A stretch of DNA of 64,000 bases from the IMG/VR virus record IMGVR_UViG_3300037189_013517, positions 2,391 to 66,390 of that record; one strand, written 5' to 3'. Below are positions 29,718 through 40,265 of this stretch, piece after piece. Positions within the stretch are counted from its first letter, which is position 1, and the number at the start of each line of letters is the position of its first letter. The notes below the pieces were generated by a model, which saw nothing but the letters and a program-made list of their open reading frames with translations, made no database searches and was not told where the DNA came from. Origin of the DNA: a virus. The position numbers and the translations under genes are program-made.

Positions 29718-30714
29718 AATAATATTCTTTAATCACTATCATCGTGGCGATCTTTTAACACATAAAGAATATGTTCGTCAGATAAAAGAAGAACTACCTG
29801 AAGTAGAATTTGGTTATATGCATTTTAATCATGCTAAATTAACCAGGGACTTAGATATACCTAAAGTAGGAGAACCTACAGATTTAGATCCTAAAGTACC
29901 TTATTATCAAGATGGAGATGTTCTTTATATCAATACTTGGATTGGTTCTACCTGGGATATATTTTGTAACTATGGCGGAATTAATATGAATTCATTGTGG
30001 TGGCAATGGGAAAGAATTCTTCCGACAATTAATATGGCAATGGGATTACAACCTGAAGATCATATTAAATTACGTGCTGAAAAAGAATCATACTTGCCAA
30101 CAATTGATTTTACTAAATTTAATGTTGCAAGCATCGATGAATACTTAGAACAATCTAAAGATAAAAAGAAAATTTTAATTTGCAATGGCGCTCCTAAATC
30201 AGGACAATCATTTGCTTATAACATGGAAAGCTTTGTTCATACTGTTGCTAATAAGTTTCCTAATATAGATTTTATTTGCACTGAGAAATTCCCAGTTACA
30301 TTATCTAATATTGTATTTACTGATGATATAATTAAAGATTCTGAAATAGAAGAAAAGAGAGCACCATGGGAAGATAGGCCAATTAATAATTGTGATGTAC
30401 AGGAGATCTCATATTTAAGTGAGAACTGTAATGCGATTGTAGGTAAGAACTCAGGGCCCTTCGTTTTCTGCGAAACTAAAAACAACTACATGAATCCGAA
30501 TCAAAAGTTCTTATCGTTTAATACTAGTTGGGGCGAAGCATTCCATACAGGTCAGAAACGTCCAACAGAAACTATGTCACATGATTTGCAGTTTAACTGC
30601 GAATATAATATTGTTGCAGTTGAAGGCCCATATGGTGGCGATTTAAATAAACTAACTGATGATGATAGAATTAATATTGATATCGCATTGAAAGAATTAG
30701 CGGAAAGTCTATGA
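29710..30714 (+). CDS. putative glycosyltransferase-like protein
   Basis: NHYHRGD N-terminus and IVGKNSGP; lies in the glycan island. Confidence 0.5.
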   Translation: MAKIIFFNHYHRGDLLTHKEYVRQIKEELPEVEFGYMHFNHAKLTRDLDIPKVGEPTDLDPKVPYYQDGDVLYINTWIGSTWDIFCNYGGINMNSLWWQWERILPTINMAMGLQPEDHIKLRAEKESYLPTIDFTKFNVASIDEYLEQSKDKKKILICNGAPKSGQSFAYNMESFVHTVANKFPNIDFICTEKFPVTLSNIVFTDDIIKDSEIEEKRAPWEDRPINNCDVQEISYLSENCNAIVGKNSGPFVFCETKNNYMNPNQKFLSFNTSWGEAFHTGQKRPTETMSHDLQFNCEYNIVAVEGPYGGDLNKLTDDDRINIDIALKELAESL

Positions 30715-31589
30715 AAAAATTAAAACTTGGTTTTACTGATACCCATGAACATTTAAGTATGTTCTTTTCTTCTCTATTGGCAAATAGATTTGATGTAGAA
30801 ATTGATAATGAAAATCCTGATTATTTAATATTTGGTGATGACAATTTTGGAACCAATAACACCAAGTTTAATAAAAAAGATGTAGTTAAGATTTTCTATA
30901 CAGGTGAGAATAGAAGACCTGAAGATTATGATTGCCATTATGCTATAAGCTTCGATCACAACTATAGCAATTGGCATTACAGATTGCCATTGTTTGTTAT
31001 CTATATGTGGGCACTAGATCAAATACATAATACAGGATATGACTATTATCACATTCTACAGGATAACGAGCCTGCACCGAAAACAGATTTTTGCTCGTTT
31101 GTTGTAGGTAATCCTAAATGTGAAATTAGAAATGATTTTTTTAATCGTTTAGGTAAGTATAAAAAGATAGATAGTGGCGGCTCATATCTGAATAATATTA
31201 ATACTAAACTTGAAGGCGAAAAAGCAAAGATTGATTTCTTATCCTCAAGAAAGTTTAACATTTGCTTTGAATCAAGTTCATATCCTGGATATGTTACAGA
31301 AAAGATTCTTCATGCATTCTATGCAAAGACTGTTCCTATATACTGGGGTAGTCCTACTGTAACTGCAGATTTTAATCCGCATTCATTTATTAATGTTAAT
31401 GATTTTAGGAATTTAGATGAAGTTGTAGAGTTTGTAAAAGTATTGGATAATGATGATATGCTTTATAACAATATTCTTTCAGCTAGTCCTTTTGCAGGGA
31501 ATGTTCCTAGGGACTATATGTTATTAAATAATTTCTTAAATTGGTTTGAATCTACTGTATATAATAAAATTGATGCGAGAGAAGAATGA
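30711..31589 (+). CDS. GT10 alpha-1,3/4-fucosyltransferase-like
   Basis: YTGEN and KFNICFESSSYPGYVTEKI..AF...VPIYWG. Confidence 0.88.
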   Translation: MKKLKLGFTDTHEHLSMFFSSLLANRFDVEIDNENPDYLIFGDDNFGTNNTKFNKKDVVKIFYTGENRRPEDYDCHYAISFDHNYSNWHYRLPLFVIYMWALDQIHNTGYDYYHILQDNEPAPKTDFCSFVVGNPKCEIRNDFFNRLGKYKKIDSGGSYLNNINTKLEGEKAKIDFLSSRKFNICFESSSYPGYVTEKILHAFYAKTVPIYWGSPTVTADFNPHSFINVNDFRNLDEVVEFVKVLDNDDMLYNNILSASPFAGNVPRDYMLLNNFLNWFESTVYNKIDAREE

Positions 31590-32323
31590 ATATAAAGACC
31601 TATATCTTTAACTGGACGGGGCAATGGACTAACACCATAAACAAGGAAATTCATCTTGAAGAATTAGGAAGATCTCCAATCATAATCAATAGCGATGATA
31701 CCAAGATTAAAGGTTCAACTAATAATTGGGTGCATATAGGTGAAGATGCATATTTTGGTAAACAGTTTGCTACTGCGGTTGATTTATTTTTAGAAACAGA
31801 TGGGGATGTATTATTCCATATTCAAGGCGACGCATCATATGATTACTGGGGAAAGTTATATGGGGATGCCGAAAAATATTTTGAGCAAACCGATTGGGGT
31901 ATCTATGCTCCGAATGTAGATTATACTTGGTATGATTCTTCAAGAACAGATATAGATACTTTAGATTTTCCTATTGATAAACTAAAAATTGTTGCTAATA
32001 CAGATTGTACTTGTTGGTTTATCCATAGAGATATATTAGAAGCATATAAAGAAAGAAATTTAAAATTAGAACAATATAAAATGGGATGGTCTTGGGATAT
32101 AGTATTACCTGCATTATCTTTTCTAATGAGACGTCCTGTCATACGAGATTATAATCATACTATTGAACATCCAAAAGGAACTAATTATGATGTTCAACGA
32201 GCAGAAAAAGAAATGCAAGATTTATATAATTCTTTACCGAATGATTTAAAACAAGCATTCTCTTATATTAAAGGTGATAGAAATAGATTGGCAGAGTACT
32301 ATGCAGAAGATTATATCGTTTAG
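31586..32323 (+). CDS. putative GT-A glycosyltransferase-like protein
   Basis: FHIQGDA, TDCTCWFI, GWSWD; island context. Confidence 0.5.
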   Translation: MNIKTYIFNWTGQWTNTINKEIHLEELGRSPIIINSDDTKIKGSTNNWVHIGEDAYFGKQFATAVDLFLETDGDVLFHIQGDASYDYWGKLYGDAEKYFEQTDWGIYAPNVDYTWYDSSRTDIDTLDFPIDKLKIVANTDCTCWFIHRDILEAYKERNLKLEQYKMGWSWDIVLPALSFLMRRPVIRDYNHTIEHPKGTNYDVQRAEKEMQDLYNSLPNDLKQAFSYIKGDRNRLAEYYAEDYIV

Positions 32324-32939
32324 TATATGGGGAAATAATCCTAAATATTGTGCAGGGGCAATTATCAATGCACAGTTAGCACAAAAGTATTTTCCTGATT
32401 GGAAGTGCACATTTTTTTATGATAATACTGTACCTAAAATTTACATTAGGTCTCTTAATGAATTTTCAAATGTAGAAACAATTTGCGTAACGGATGGATC
32501 ATTCGGAGCATTTTGGAGATTTTTCGCAATGCAAGAAAATACTATAGTTTTATCTAGAGATTGTGATTCGAGATTATCTTCTAGAGAAAAATTAATAGTT
32601 GATGATTGGTTAAATAGTAAAGAAAAATTATGCGTAATTCGAGATCATCTTAATCATTATGAATTCCCAATACTTGCAGGAATGTGGGGAATAAAAAATG
32701 GATTGTGTCCTAATCTACAAGAAAGAATGAAACTATATTCAGGGACACATCGTTACTTAGTTGATCAATATTATTTACGAGATGAAGTTTGGCCTCAACT
32801 AAAACTTAATACAAAAGAATATGGTATAAAAGAAACTGCATGGATGAGAGAATCCTATATAGATATAGGTAGAAATTTCATAGGACAAACTTATGATGAG
32901 AATGATATTCCAGTATATGAAGGAAAATTGAATGACTAA
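32301..32939 (+). CDS. putative glycosyltransferase-like protein
   Basis: IISFSIWG..PKY, SRDCDSR (DxD), IRDH..H..PILAGMWG. Confidence 0.55.
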   Translation: MQKIISFSIWGNNPKYCAGAIINAQLAQKYFPDWKCTFFYDNTVPKIYIRSLNEFSNVETICVTDGSFGAFWRFFAMQENTIVLSRDCDSRLSSREKLIVDDWLNSKEKLCVIRDHLNHYEFPILAGMWGIKNGLCPNLQERMKLYSGTHRYLVDQYYLRDEVWPQLKLNTKEYGIKETAWMRESYIDIGRNFIGQTYDENDIPVYEGKLND

Positions 32940-33669
32940 AACAGTTACTATAGTTACATCTACCACAGGGACTAAATACTTAGATCAATGTTTAAGCTCT
33001 GTATCTAAACAAACTTATCCGGTAAATCATTTTGTAGTAATAGATGGTCCTCAATTTAAGGAAAAAGCACAGAACGTTTTAAATTATTATAAAGATAAAA
33101 CGGTGTTGTGCTTACCCGAAAATACAGGGGCAGGTGGATATAATGGGCATAGAGTTTACGGAGGCATTCCATATCTTCTTAATACTGACTATGTAATGTT
33201 TTTGGATGAGGACAATTGGCTTGCACCTAACCATGTTGAGAGTTTAGTTAAGACAATTGAAGAAGGTAATGATTGGGCATTTTCACTAAGGAAGATTTAT
33301 GACGGCGATGGTAATTTTCTTTGTCTTGATGATTGCGAGAATCTCGGACTCTGGCCGACGTGCATTAGCGAGCAAGAACTCTTTGTAGACGTAGGAGCAT
33401 ACTTCTTACCTACAGCAATTGCGATTCAAATTTCCCCTTTGTGGTATAGACGTGCAAGACATCCCGACGAACAACCTGAAGTAGACCGCATTATCATGCA
33501 GGTGTTATTACAATATGGATTTAAATATGATACCAATGGTGCTTATTCATTGAATTACAGAGTAGGCAATAGAACAGATTCAGTACAGAAAGATTTCTTT
33601 TTATGGGGTAATAGTATGATGGAAAAGAAATACCCCAATGGATATCCTTGGAGGAAAGAGCAGAAATGA
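32932..33669 (+). CDS. GT2-family glycosyltransferase
   Basis: SVSKQTY, VVIDG, FLDEDNW. Confidence 0.8.
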   Translation: MTKTVTIVTSTTGTKYLDQCLSSVSKQTYPVNHFVVIDGPQFKEKAQNVLNYYKDKTVLCLPENTGAGGYNGHRVYGGIPYLLNTDYVMFLDEDNWLAPNHVESLVKTIEEGNDWAFSLRKIYDGDGNFLCLDDCENLGLWPTCISEQELFVDVGAYFLPTAIAIQISPLWYRRARHPDEQPEVDRIIMQVLLQYGFKYDTNGAYSLNYRVGNRTDSVQKDFFLWGNSMMEKKYPNGYPWRKEQK

Positions 33670-34403
33670 GCAAGGCATTTATTCATACACACTCAGGTTT
33701 AGGTGACCATATATGTTGCTATGGTTTTATTAAACACTTAGCAGATACTAAGTATGAAGAAGTATTTACAATATGTAAAGATATTAATGCGGAATCTTTA
33801 AACCATATGTATAAAGATACTGACAATATTACTATCTTTACTATGCCCGATCCCGGTAACAATATACCCGAAGAAATTACATACGTTAATAATTATGCCC
33901 AACACGAAAATATGGATTTAGTTCGTATTGGTTTTGACAATATAAAAAATCCATTTCATTATAGTCATTTTTATGAACAGGCGGGAGTGCCTTATTCCTA
34001 TAGCTGGGATAAATTCCCAGACTTTGAATCTACAGAAGAATCTAAAGAATTATATAAGTCATATGAACTTGAAGGTAAAGATTATGTTTTAGTTATAAAT
34101 CAAAATTCATATGGTACAAGTGATTTAAAAATTGAAACTGCACTGCCATTAATCTATATGGCTAAAACATCTTTAGGTACAGGGCTTTTTGATTGGTTGG
34201 ATATTATTAAAAATGCTAATGTAATACATAGTGTAGGAACAGGCCCCTTTCATCTTGTAGATCGTATAAGAGATTTCAATAAACCTTGTGAATTTTATTT
34301 CCATGATGTTCGAGATGATTTTAAAACTATTGATACAAAATTAAATTGGAATTACGTAGAATATGAGCAAACACCATACGGTTATTGGAGATCTAATCCT
34401 TGA
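33666..34403 (+). CDS. putative GT-B/GT9-like protein
   Basis: HSGLGDHI N-terminus; FDWLDII.NA..IH. Confidence 0.5.
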   Translation: MSKAFIHTHSGLGDHICCYGFIKHLADTKYEEVFTICKDINAESLNHMYKDTDNITIFTMPDPGNNIPEEITYVNNYAQHENMDLVRIGFDNIKNPFHYSHFYEQAGVPYSYSWDKFPDFESTEESKELYKSYELEGKDYVLVINQNSYGTSDLKIETALPLIYMAKTSLGTGLFDWLDIIKNANVIHSVGTGPFHLVDRIRDFNKPCEFYFHDVRDDFKTIDTKLNWNYVEYEQTPYGYWRSNP

Positions 34404-35304
34404 TAGATTTGTCTATGGTTCAGCCAATAGAGTCTCTGCAGAAGCACCTACACTAGTTTTAGATGTTGAAGATGAAATAGATATGCTAGGTGGCGCATAT
34501 AATGTTGCCGCACATATCTGCAATCTAGAACATACCTGCGATTTTATCTCAGTATCAGGAAACAATTTTGGATTAGTGATGAGTTCCTTTACTGATTCCT
34601 TTCATCCGAATTGCAAAGAAACTTTATATTTTGAAACTGCGAGAACAACCACAGTTAAAACTAGATTAATATCTAAGTATAAAGGTACGCATCTTCTTCG
34701 TGTTGATCGAGAAACAATTCAACCAATTAGAACTAAAAATGAGGACAATATTATAAGGTCATCATCAGATAGTTTAAAGAATAAGACAAACGATATAATT
34801 TTGGTAGATTATAAAAAGGGCGTAGTTACTGATAACTTAGCAGAAACAATAATAACCAATGCTAACCGAGAAAATATTCCAGTATATGTAGATACAAAAA
34901 GGGATAATTTAGATTGTTTTGAGGGAGCAACAATTGTTAAGCCTAATAAATATGAGTTTGAAAAGATAAAATTAAGATACGCACCTCATTCTGATATGGA
35001 AGACGCATGTTATACTATTTGTTCTTCCCTGTCTATTCAAAAATTAGTTATTACTGCCGGCAACGAAGGTATATATGCTTTCGATTTAGATGCCGGATTG
35101 GTCCATTGCACAGCAGAAAAAGTTGAAGTAAAAGAATTAAGTGGCGCAGGAGACTCAGTTCTTGCGGTATTGAGTTATTGTCTTTCTGAAGGATATGATT
35201 TTAAGCAAAGCGTAATATATGCAAATAAATTAGCAGGCAAATTTATATCGTCCGGAATACAATATAGGGCAAAAAAAGAAGATTTATTTTGTGAGGGAAT
35301 ATGA
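34363..35304 (+). CDS. PfkB-family sugar kinase (HldE/RfaE kinase domain)
   Basis: VIGDLILD.FVYG...RVSAEAP, GGAYNVA, DYKKGV, KPN..E, SGAGD. Confidence 0.85.
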   Translation: MSKHHTVIGDLILDRFVYGSANRVSAEAPTLVLDVEDEIDMLGGAYNVAAHICNLEHTCDFISVSGNNFGLVMSSFTDSFHPNCKETLYFETARTTTVKTRLISKYKGTHLLRVDRETIQPIRTKNEDNIIRSSSDSLKNKTNDIILVDYKKGVVTDNLAETIITNANRENIPVYVDTKRDNLDCFEGATIVKPNKYEFEKIKLRYAPHSDMEDACYTICSSLSIQKLVITAGNEGIYAFDLDAGLVHCTAEKVEVKELSGAGDSVLAVLSYCLSEGYDFKQSVIYANKLAGKFISSGIQYRAKKEDLFCEGI

Positions 35305-36320
35305 AAGAGCAATTTACCGCAGCAGTCTTACGAGAACATTATGCACCGTTATCTATTGAAACATTAAAATCTGAAGCACCAGGCAAAGGGCAGGTTTTAG
35401 TTAAGATGGTAACATCTGGTCTTTGTGGTGCACAAATTAATGAAATGGATGCTGTTAAAGGCGAGGACAAATACAGACCTCACCTAATGGGTCACGAAGG
35501 ATACGGTCAGGTAATTAATATTGGCGAGGGTGTTACTAAAGTTAAAGTAGGTGACCATGTAGTTTTACATTGGCGCAAAGGCGAAGGGTGTGATTGCTTT
35601 GGCGGTAAGTATCATGGCGATCATGATGTTGTTGGCTCAGGCCCTGTAACCACATTTGCAGAACAAACAATTGTTGCTGAAAATAGAGTAACTCCTGTAG
35701 AACATCTGGAAGAAATTAAAGAACTTTATCCATTAATGGGTTGCGCTTTATCTACTGCGTATGGTATAGTTAATCATAATATAAAGAAAACTGGTACTGT
35801 ATTAATAACAGGCGCAGGTGGATTAGGATTATCTATTGCATTCTGGCTAAGAGTATTATATAATATTACACCTACATTATTAGACAAGCATGAAAATAAA
35901 CGAGAATATGTAGAAAATCTTGGCGGTGTTTTTGTGTCAACCTTTGAATCGGTAAAGGATAAACGGTTCAATTATGTTATAGATACTTCTGGTAATACTG
36001 ATGTAATCGGCGAAGGTTTTACTAAAGTAGATAAACAAGGTTCATTAATATTAGTAGGTCAGCCCAGGATAGGGACAAGTTTAACTCTACCTAATGCATT
36101 ATCCATATTTGATGGTATTAAAATTTATAGTTCAGATGGCGGAGATTTTGTACCTGAATTAGATTTAAAAAATATTGTTTTCCATGTACGGGCAAATATG
36201 CATTTGGCAAAAAAATTAGTTACACATATTATTAAACTAGAAGAAATTAACAATGGCTTCTCAATGATGAGAAATGGAGAGGCTGGTAGAATTATTATTA
36301 ACTTTGAAGAAGGTGCATAA
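35301..36320 (+). CDS. Zn-dependent alcohol dehydrogenase (MDR family)
   Basis: GLCG, GHEG.G, VGDHV, GAGGLG. Confidence 0.85.
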   Translation: MKEQFTAAVLREHYAPLSIETLKSEAPGKGQVLVKMVTSGLCGAQINEMDAVKGEDKYRPHLMGHEGYGQVINIGEGVTKVKVGDHVVLHWRKGEGCDCFGGKYHGDHDVVGSGPVTTFAEQTIVAENRVTPVEHLEEIKELYPLMGCALSTAYGIVNHNIKKTGTVLITGAGGLGLSIAFWLRVLYNITPTLLDKHENKREYVENLGGVFVSTFESVKDKRFNYVIDTSGNTDVIGEGFTKVDKQGSLILVGQPRIGTSLTLPNALSIFDGIKIYSSDGGDFVPELDLKNIVFHVRANMHLAKKLVTHIIKLEEINNGFSMMRNGEAGRIIINFEEGA

Positions 36321-37522
36321 TGAGAAAGACCTGGACCCCTGAAGAACTAGTTGCCTTTGAGGATAGAATCGGTGATTTATATATGGATAATAAATTGCCT
36401 TTCCTGTTTCATTTATCAGGCGGCAATGAAAAACAACTTATAGATATCTTCAAAGATATCAAAGAAGGCGACTATGTTATTTCAAATCATAGAAGTCACT
36501 ACCATGCTTTATTACATGGTATTCCTCCGGAAGTAGTTGAGGATAGAATTCTAAATGGTCGTAGTATGTTTATCTATGATCGTGAAAGAAACTTTTTCTG
36601 TTCTGCAATTATCGGCGGTACACCTGCCATTGCTGCAGGTATAGCATGGGCATTAAAACGTAAAGGTTCAGACCAAAAAGTCTGGTGCTTTATTGGTGAT
36701 GGCACAGAAGATAACGGTCATACGTACGAAGCAATCCGATATGTAGATGGTTGGGATTTGCCTTGCAAGTTTGTTATTGAGAACAATAATAGATCAGTTG
36801 AGGCAAGTAATGAAGAACGTTGGGGCAAGGCTGCAGATTACCAATGGGATTCTCCTTCAGTAATAAAGTATTATTATGATATCACATATCCTCATGCAAG
36901 AAAACCTGGCATGATTGATTTATCTAAAGCTGTTAAGAAAACAGATGATGATTATTTTCCTAAACTACCTGAAGTAACATATCCTAATTTTGAGTTATCT
37001 AATCTAAGTTATAAAGAAACAGCAACAAAGGTTATGACAGAATTAGGAGAAGAGGGAACAATCTTTGTTGGCTACAATGTCAACAAAGCGCCAGGTGGCA
37101 ATGCAATGGGGACCTTAAAAAATGTCCCCGATGATCAAAAGCTAGAAACGCCTGTTGCTGAGAATCTTATGGCTGGTCTTTGTATTGGTATGAGCTTCGA
37201 AGGATTTAAACCTGTTCTATATATTGAACGACATGATTTCATTTTAGTTGCGATGGATGCGATTGTAAATCATATTGATAAGATTGAAAGAATTTCTCAC
37301 GGTGAATATAAGGTTCCGGTAATTGTTCGAGCAGTTACTGCAGATGCAGGTCCTTTCTATTCAGGCATTACACATACACAAGACTTTACTAATATGTTTA
37401 GAGCTGCTGTTAGTATTCCAGTATATGATCCTGTAACAGGAAATGATTTTGAGGAAGCATATAAGAAGGCAAGATACAGCGGAAGACCTGCAATTATTGT
37501 TGAAAGAAAATCTAGATATTAA
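36320..37522 (+). CDS. fused TPP-dependent enzyme (PDH E1-alpha-like + transketolase pyrimidine-binding domain)
   Basis: HLSGGNE, NHRSH, GDG..N TPP motif; ETPVAEN.MAG..IGM, HTQD. Confidence 0.85.
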   Translation: MRKTWTPEELVAFEDRIGDLYMDNKLPFLFHLSGGNEKQLIDIFKDIKEGDYVISNHRSHYHALLHGIPPEVVEDRILNGRSMFIYDRERNFFCSAIIGGTPAIAAGIAWALKRKGSDQKVWCFIGDGTEDNGHTYEAIRYVDGWDLPCKFVIENNNRSVEASNEERWGKAADYQWDSPSVIKYYYDITYPHARKPGMIDLSKAVKKTDDDYFPKLPEVTYPNFELSNLSYKETATKVMTELGEEGTIFVGYNVNKAPGGNAMGTLKNVPDDQKLETPVAENLMAGLCIGMSFEGFKPVLYIERHDFILVAMDAIVNHIDKIERISHGEYKVPVIVRAVTADAGPFYSGITHTQDFTNMFRAAVSIPVYDPVTGNDFEEAYKKARYSGRPAIIVERKSRY

Positions 37523-37523
37523 T

Positions 37524-38366
37524 ATGGAAAAATATTATTTAGAAGATAAAGAGTTTAACTACGTTAGGTATAATAGCCTTCCTGGGTTAGCTGATTATAT
37601 TTTAGATCATCCAAAAGAATATTATGATGGATGGGGAGTCACTGTTACTCATAAAAAACCAACTGGTATAATTGTAAAAGATGTTAAACCTTATGAGAAA
37701 ATTTTCTTAAATGCTGATCTTATAATTCAGTATTTGACGCCCCTAACTGATATTAAAGTACCATTTCATTTAATAACAGGTAATGCAGATGTACAGATAC
37801 ATCCCGATGTCATAGAGTTTATATTAACACAAACTAAAATGGCAACATGGACTGGGCATAATTTCCCAAAGGTTGATGATCGCTTTTTACAGTTACCTAT
37901 GGGATTTACTGAACTAGGAAATCAAAGACCTAATTCATTTACTGAATATGTTGATTTACCTGAAGTAAAAATTATACCTTTGGTAGTAACTCCTTTTTCA
38001 GTTACACATGGAAGTAGAACTGATCTTTATGATTTATCAGGTAAAGGCATTTTAAATCTAGCTGATAAAATTTCATATCAAGACTTTTTAACTGTTTTAG
38101 CAGTATCAAAGTATTCAGCATGCCCAAGAGGTAATGCTTTAGATTCCCATAGATTTGTAGAATCAATTTTGATGGGTAGTGTGCCTATTGTTTTAACTTC
38201 GGATTTGGATCCATTGTATGAAGAAATGGGCGGCATTATAATTGAGGATTGGGAAGAATGTAAAGAAATAATTAAAGAAGTACCGAAACAATTGAATCGT
38301 GATGTAGTGACTTTAGAGTATTGGAATAATAGAATGATGGAGCATCATAAAAATTATGAAAAATGA
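37524..38366 (+). CDS. exostosin/GT47-like protein
   Basis: SKYSACPRGNALDSHRFVESI.MGSVPI. Confidence 0.65.
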   Translation: MEKYYLEDKEFNYVRYNSLPGLADYILDHPKEYYDGWGVTVTHKKPTGIIVKDVKPYEKIFLNADLIIQYLTPLTDIKVPFHLITGNADVQIHPDVIEFILTQTKMATWTGHNFPKVDDRFLQLPMGFTELGNQRPNSFTEYVDLPEVKIIPLVVTPFSVTHGSRTDLYDLSGKGILNLADKISYQDFLTVLAVSKYSACPRGNALDSHRFVESILMGSVPIVLTSDLDPLYEEMGGIIIEDWEECKEIIKEVPKQLNRDVVTLEYWNNRMMEHHKNYEK

Positions 38367-38646
38367 AACAATTGAATACAAATATAATGAAGGAAAACTT
38401 TTAGAAGAGTTTAAAGAATACATTGATGCCACCTATGGTCAACACTATTCTATGAACAAATATCAAGCAACAGAGTTTATTGTTGATAATGGTCATGGGA
38501 TAGGATTTACTGCAGGCAATGTAATGAAATATGTCCAAAGGTATGGAAAGAAAGCCGGAAGGAATAGACAAGACTTACTAAAGGTGTTACACTATGCATT
38601 AATGCTGTTGTATGTGCATGATATTGAAACCAAGGAGACTAAATAA
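38356..38646 (+). CDS. DUF3310-like protein
   Basis: HY...GF..GNVMKY.QRYGKK.G...DL.K. Confidence 0.75.
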   Translation: MKNETIEYKYNEGKLLEEFKEYIDATYGQHYSMNKYQATEFIVDNGHGIGFTAGNVMKYVQRYGKKAGRNRQDLLKVLHYALMLLYVHDIETKETK

Positions 38647-39302
38647 TGAAAATTAGTAATGAAACAATCCAAGTTCTAAAGAATTTTGCTTCAATCAATT
38701 CTAATCTTATGATTAGAAAAGGCAAAACATTATCCACAATTAGTACTGCTAAAAACATTTTTGCGAAAGCAGAGGTGAAAGAAGACTTTCCGCAAGAGGT
38801 TGCTATCTATGATTTGAACTCTTTGCTAGCATTGTTGACTATGATGGAAAATCAAGAAATTGAATTCGGTGAAAACAGTTTAACAATTTCTAAAGGTGCG
38901 GGTAAGTTTGAATACTTTTATGCCGCAGCAAACGTGATTGTAGCAGCGCCTGAAAAGAATATAGAACTTGACAATTATTATCAGTTTAAATTAACTACAG
39001 AAGACGTGAATACTTTTATGAAAGCTGCAGCAGTTACCGGTGCGCCTGCAATTTATTTGTCAGCTAAAAACGGCAAGGTTGTTCTTTCGGTTGGAGACAT
39101 CAAGAATGATACTGCTAATAGCTATCGCAAAACTATTGGAGATTCAGATTTAGAATTCCAATGTGTTATGGCTGTAGAAAATTTTAAAGTTGTACCTGAT
39201 GATTATACTGTCACAGTATCAAAGAAGAAAGCATTCCTCTTTAAAAATGATACTAAACCTATTGAGTATTTTATTGCCATGGAACCTGTTTCCACAATTT
39301 AA
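38646..39302 (+). CDS. gp45: sliding clamp
   Basis: MKISNETIQVLKNFASIN, IYDLN, YFIAME. Confidence 0.93.
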   Translation: MKISNETIQVLKNFASINSNLMIRKGKTLSTISTAKNIFAKAEVKEDFPQEVAIYDLNSLLALLTMMENQEIEFGENSLTISKGAGKFEYFYAAANVIVAAPEKNIELDNYYQFKLTTEDVNTFMKAAAVTGAPAIYLSAKNGKVVLSVGDIKNDTANSYRKTIGDSDLEFQCVMAVENFKVVPDDYTVTVSKKKAFLFKNDTKPIEYFIAMEPVSTI

Positions 39303-39317
39303 TAAAATGGATATATT

Positions 39318-40259
39318 ATGGATTATCGTGAAAATGAATTTCTTTGGGTTGAGAAGTATCGCCCAAGGAAATTAGAAGATTGTATTCTTCCTGCAAATCA
39401 GAAAAAGATTTTTCAGGAAATGCTCACCAAAGGTGAGATTCAAAATATGTTATTATGCGGTGGTGCAGGGATGGGCAAGACAACAGTTGCCCGTGCCTTG
39501 TGTGAAGAACTTGAAACTGATTACATTATAATTAATGGATCAGAAGAATCGGGCATTGATGTACTTCGTACAAAAATTAAACAATTTGCGTCATCCGTTT
39601 CCTTTACAGGAAAAGTCAAAGTAGTTATATTGGATGAGGCAGACTATCTAAATCCAAATTCTACACAACCGGCACTTAGAGCATTCATAGAAGAATTTTC
39701 ATCTAATTGTAGGTTTATTCTTACTTGTAACTTTAAGAACAGAGTTATCCCGCCGCTTCATTCAAGAACTGCCGTGATTGAATTTAAATTACCTAAAGCA
39801 GATAAACCTAAAATTGCTGCAGCTTTCTTTAAGCGTGTTACTGAAATTTTAGCTATAGAGAAAATTGAAGCAGATAGCAAGGTTGTTGCTAAGGTAATTG
39901 AAAAGCATTTTCCCGATTATCGAAGAGTTTTAAATGAACTTCAAAGATATAGTTCTGCGGGAAAAATAGATGAAGGCATCTTTGTTAATTTAACTGAGAT
40001 TAGTTTCAATGAACTCGTTTCATCTTTAAAAGATAAAGATTGGAAGAAGATGAGAACTTGGGTTGTCAATAATATTGATAATGATCCTCATACAATCTTT
40101 AGAAAATTATATGATAGTCTTTGTGATGATGTAGTACAAGTTCCTCAACTAGTTCTATTGCTTGCAGATTATCAATATAAGTCAGCATTTTGCGCAGATC
40201 AAGAAATTAATCTTGTAGCATGTCTAACTGAAATTATGGCTGCTGTTGAATTTAAGTGA
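39318..40259 (+). CDS. gp44: clamp loader large subunit
   Basis: LWVEKYRP, GGAGMGKT, ILDEAD, PLHSR. Confidence 0.96.
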   Translation: MDYRENEFLWVEKYRPRKLEDCILPANQKKIFQEMLTKGEIQNMLLCGGAGMGKTTVARALCEELETDYIIINGSEESGIDVLRTKIKQFASSVSFTGKVKVVILDEADYLNPNSTQPALRAFIEEFSSNCRFILTCNFKNRVIPPLHSRTAVIEFKLPKADKPKIAAAFFKRVTEILAIEKIEADSKVVAKVIEKHFPDYRRVLNELQRYSSAGKIDEGIFVNLTEISFNELVSSLKDKDWKKMRTWVVNNIDNDPHTIFRKLYDSLCDDVVQVPQLVLLLADYQYKSAFCADQEINLVACLTEIMAAVEFK

Positions 40260-40265
40260 GGTATT

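Noticed and set aside
36320-37522. Pyruvate dehydrogenase/transketolase as a central-metabolism gene
   Set aside because: Truncated fusion with no E2/E3, embedded in a glycan island
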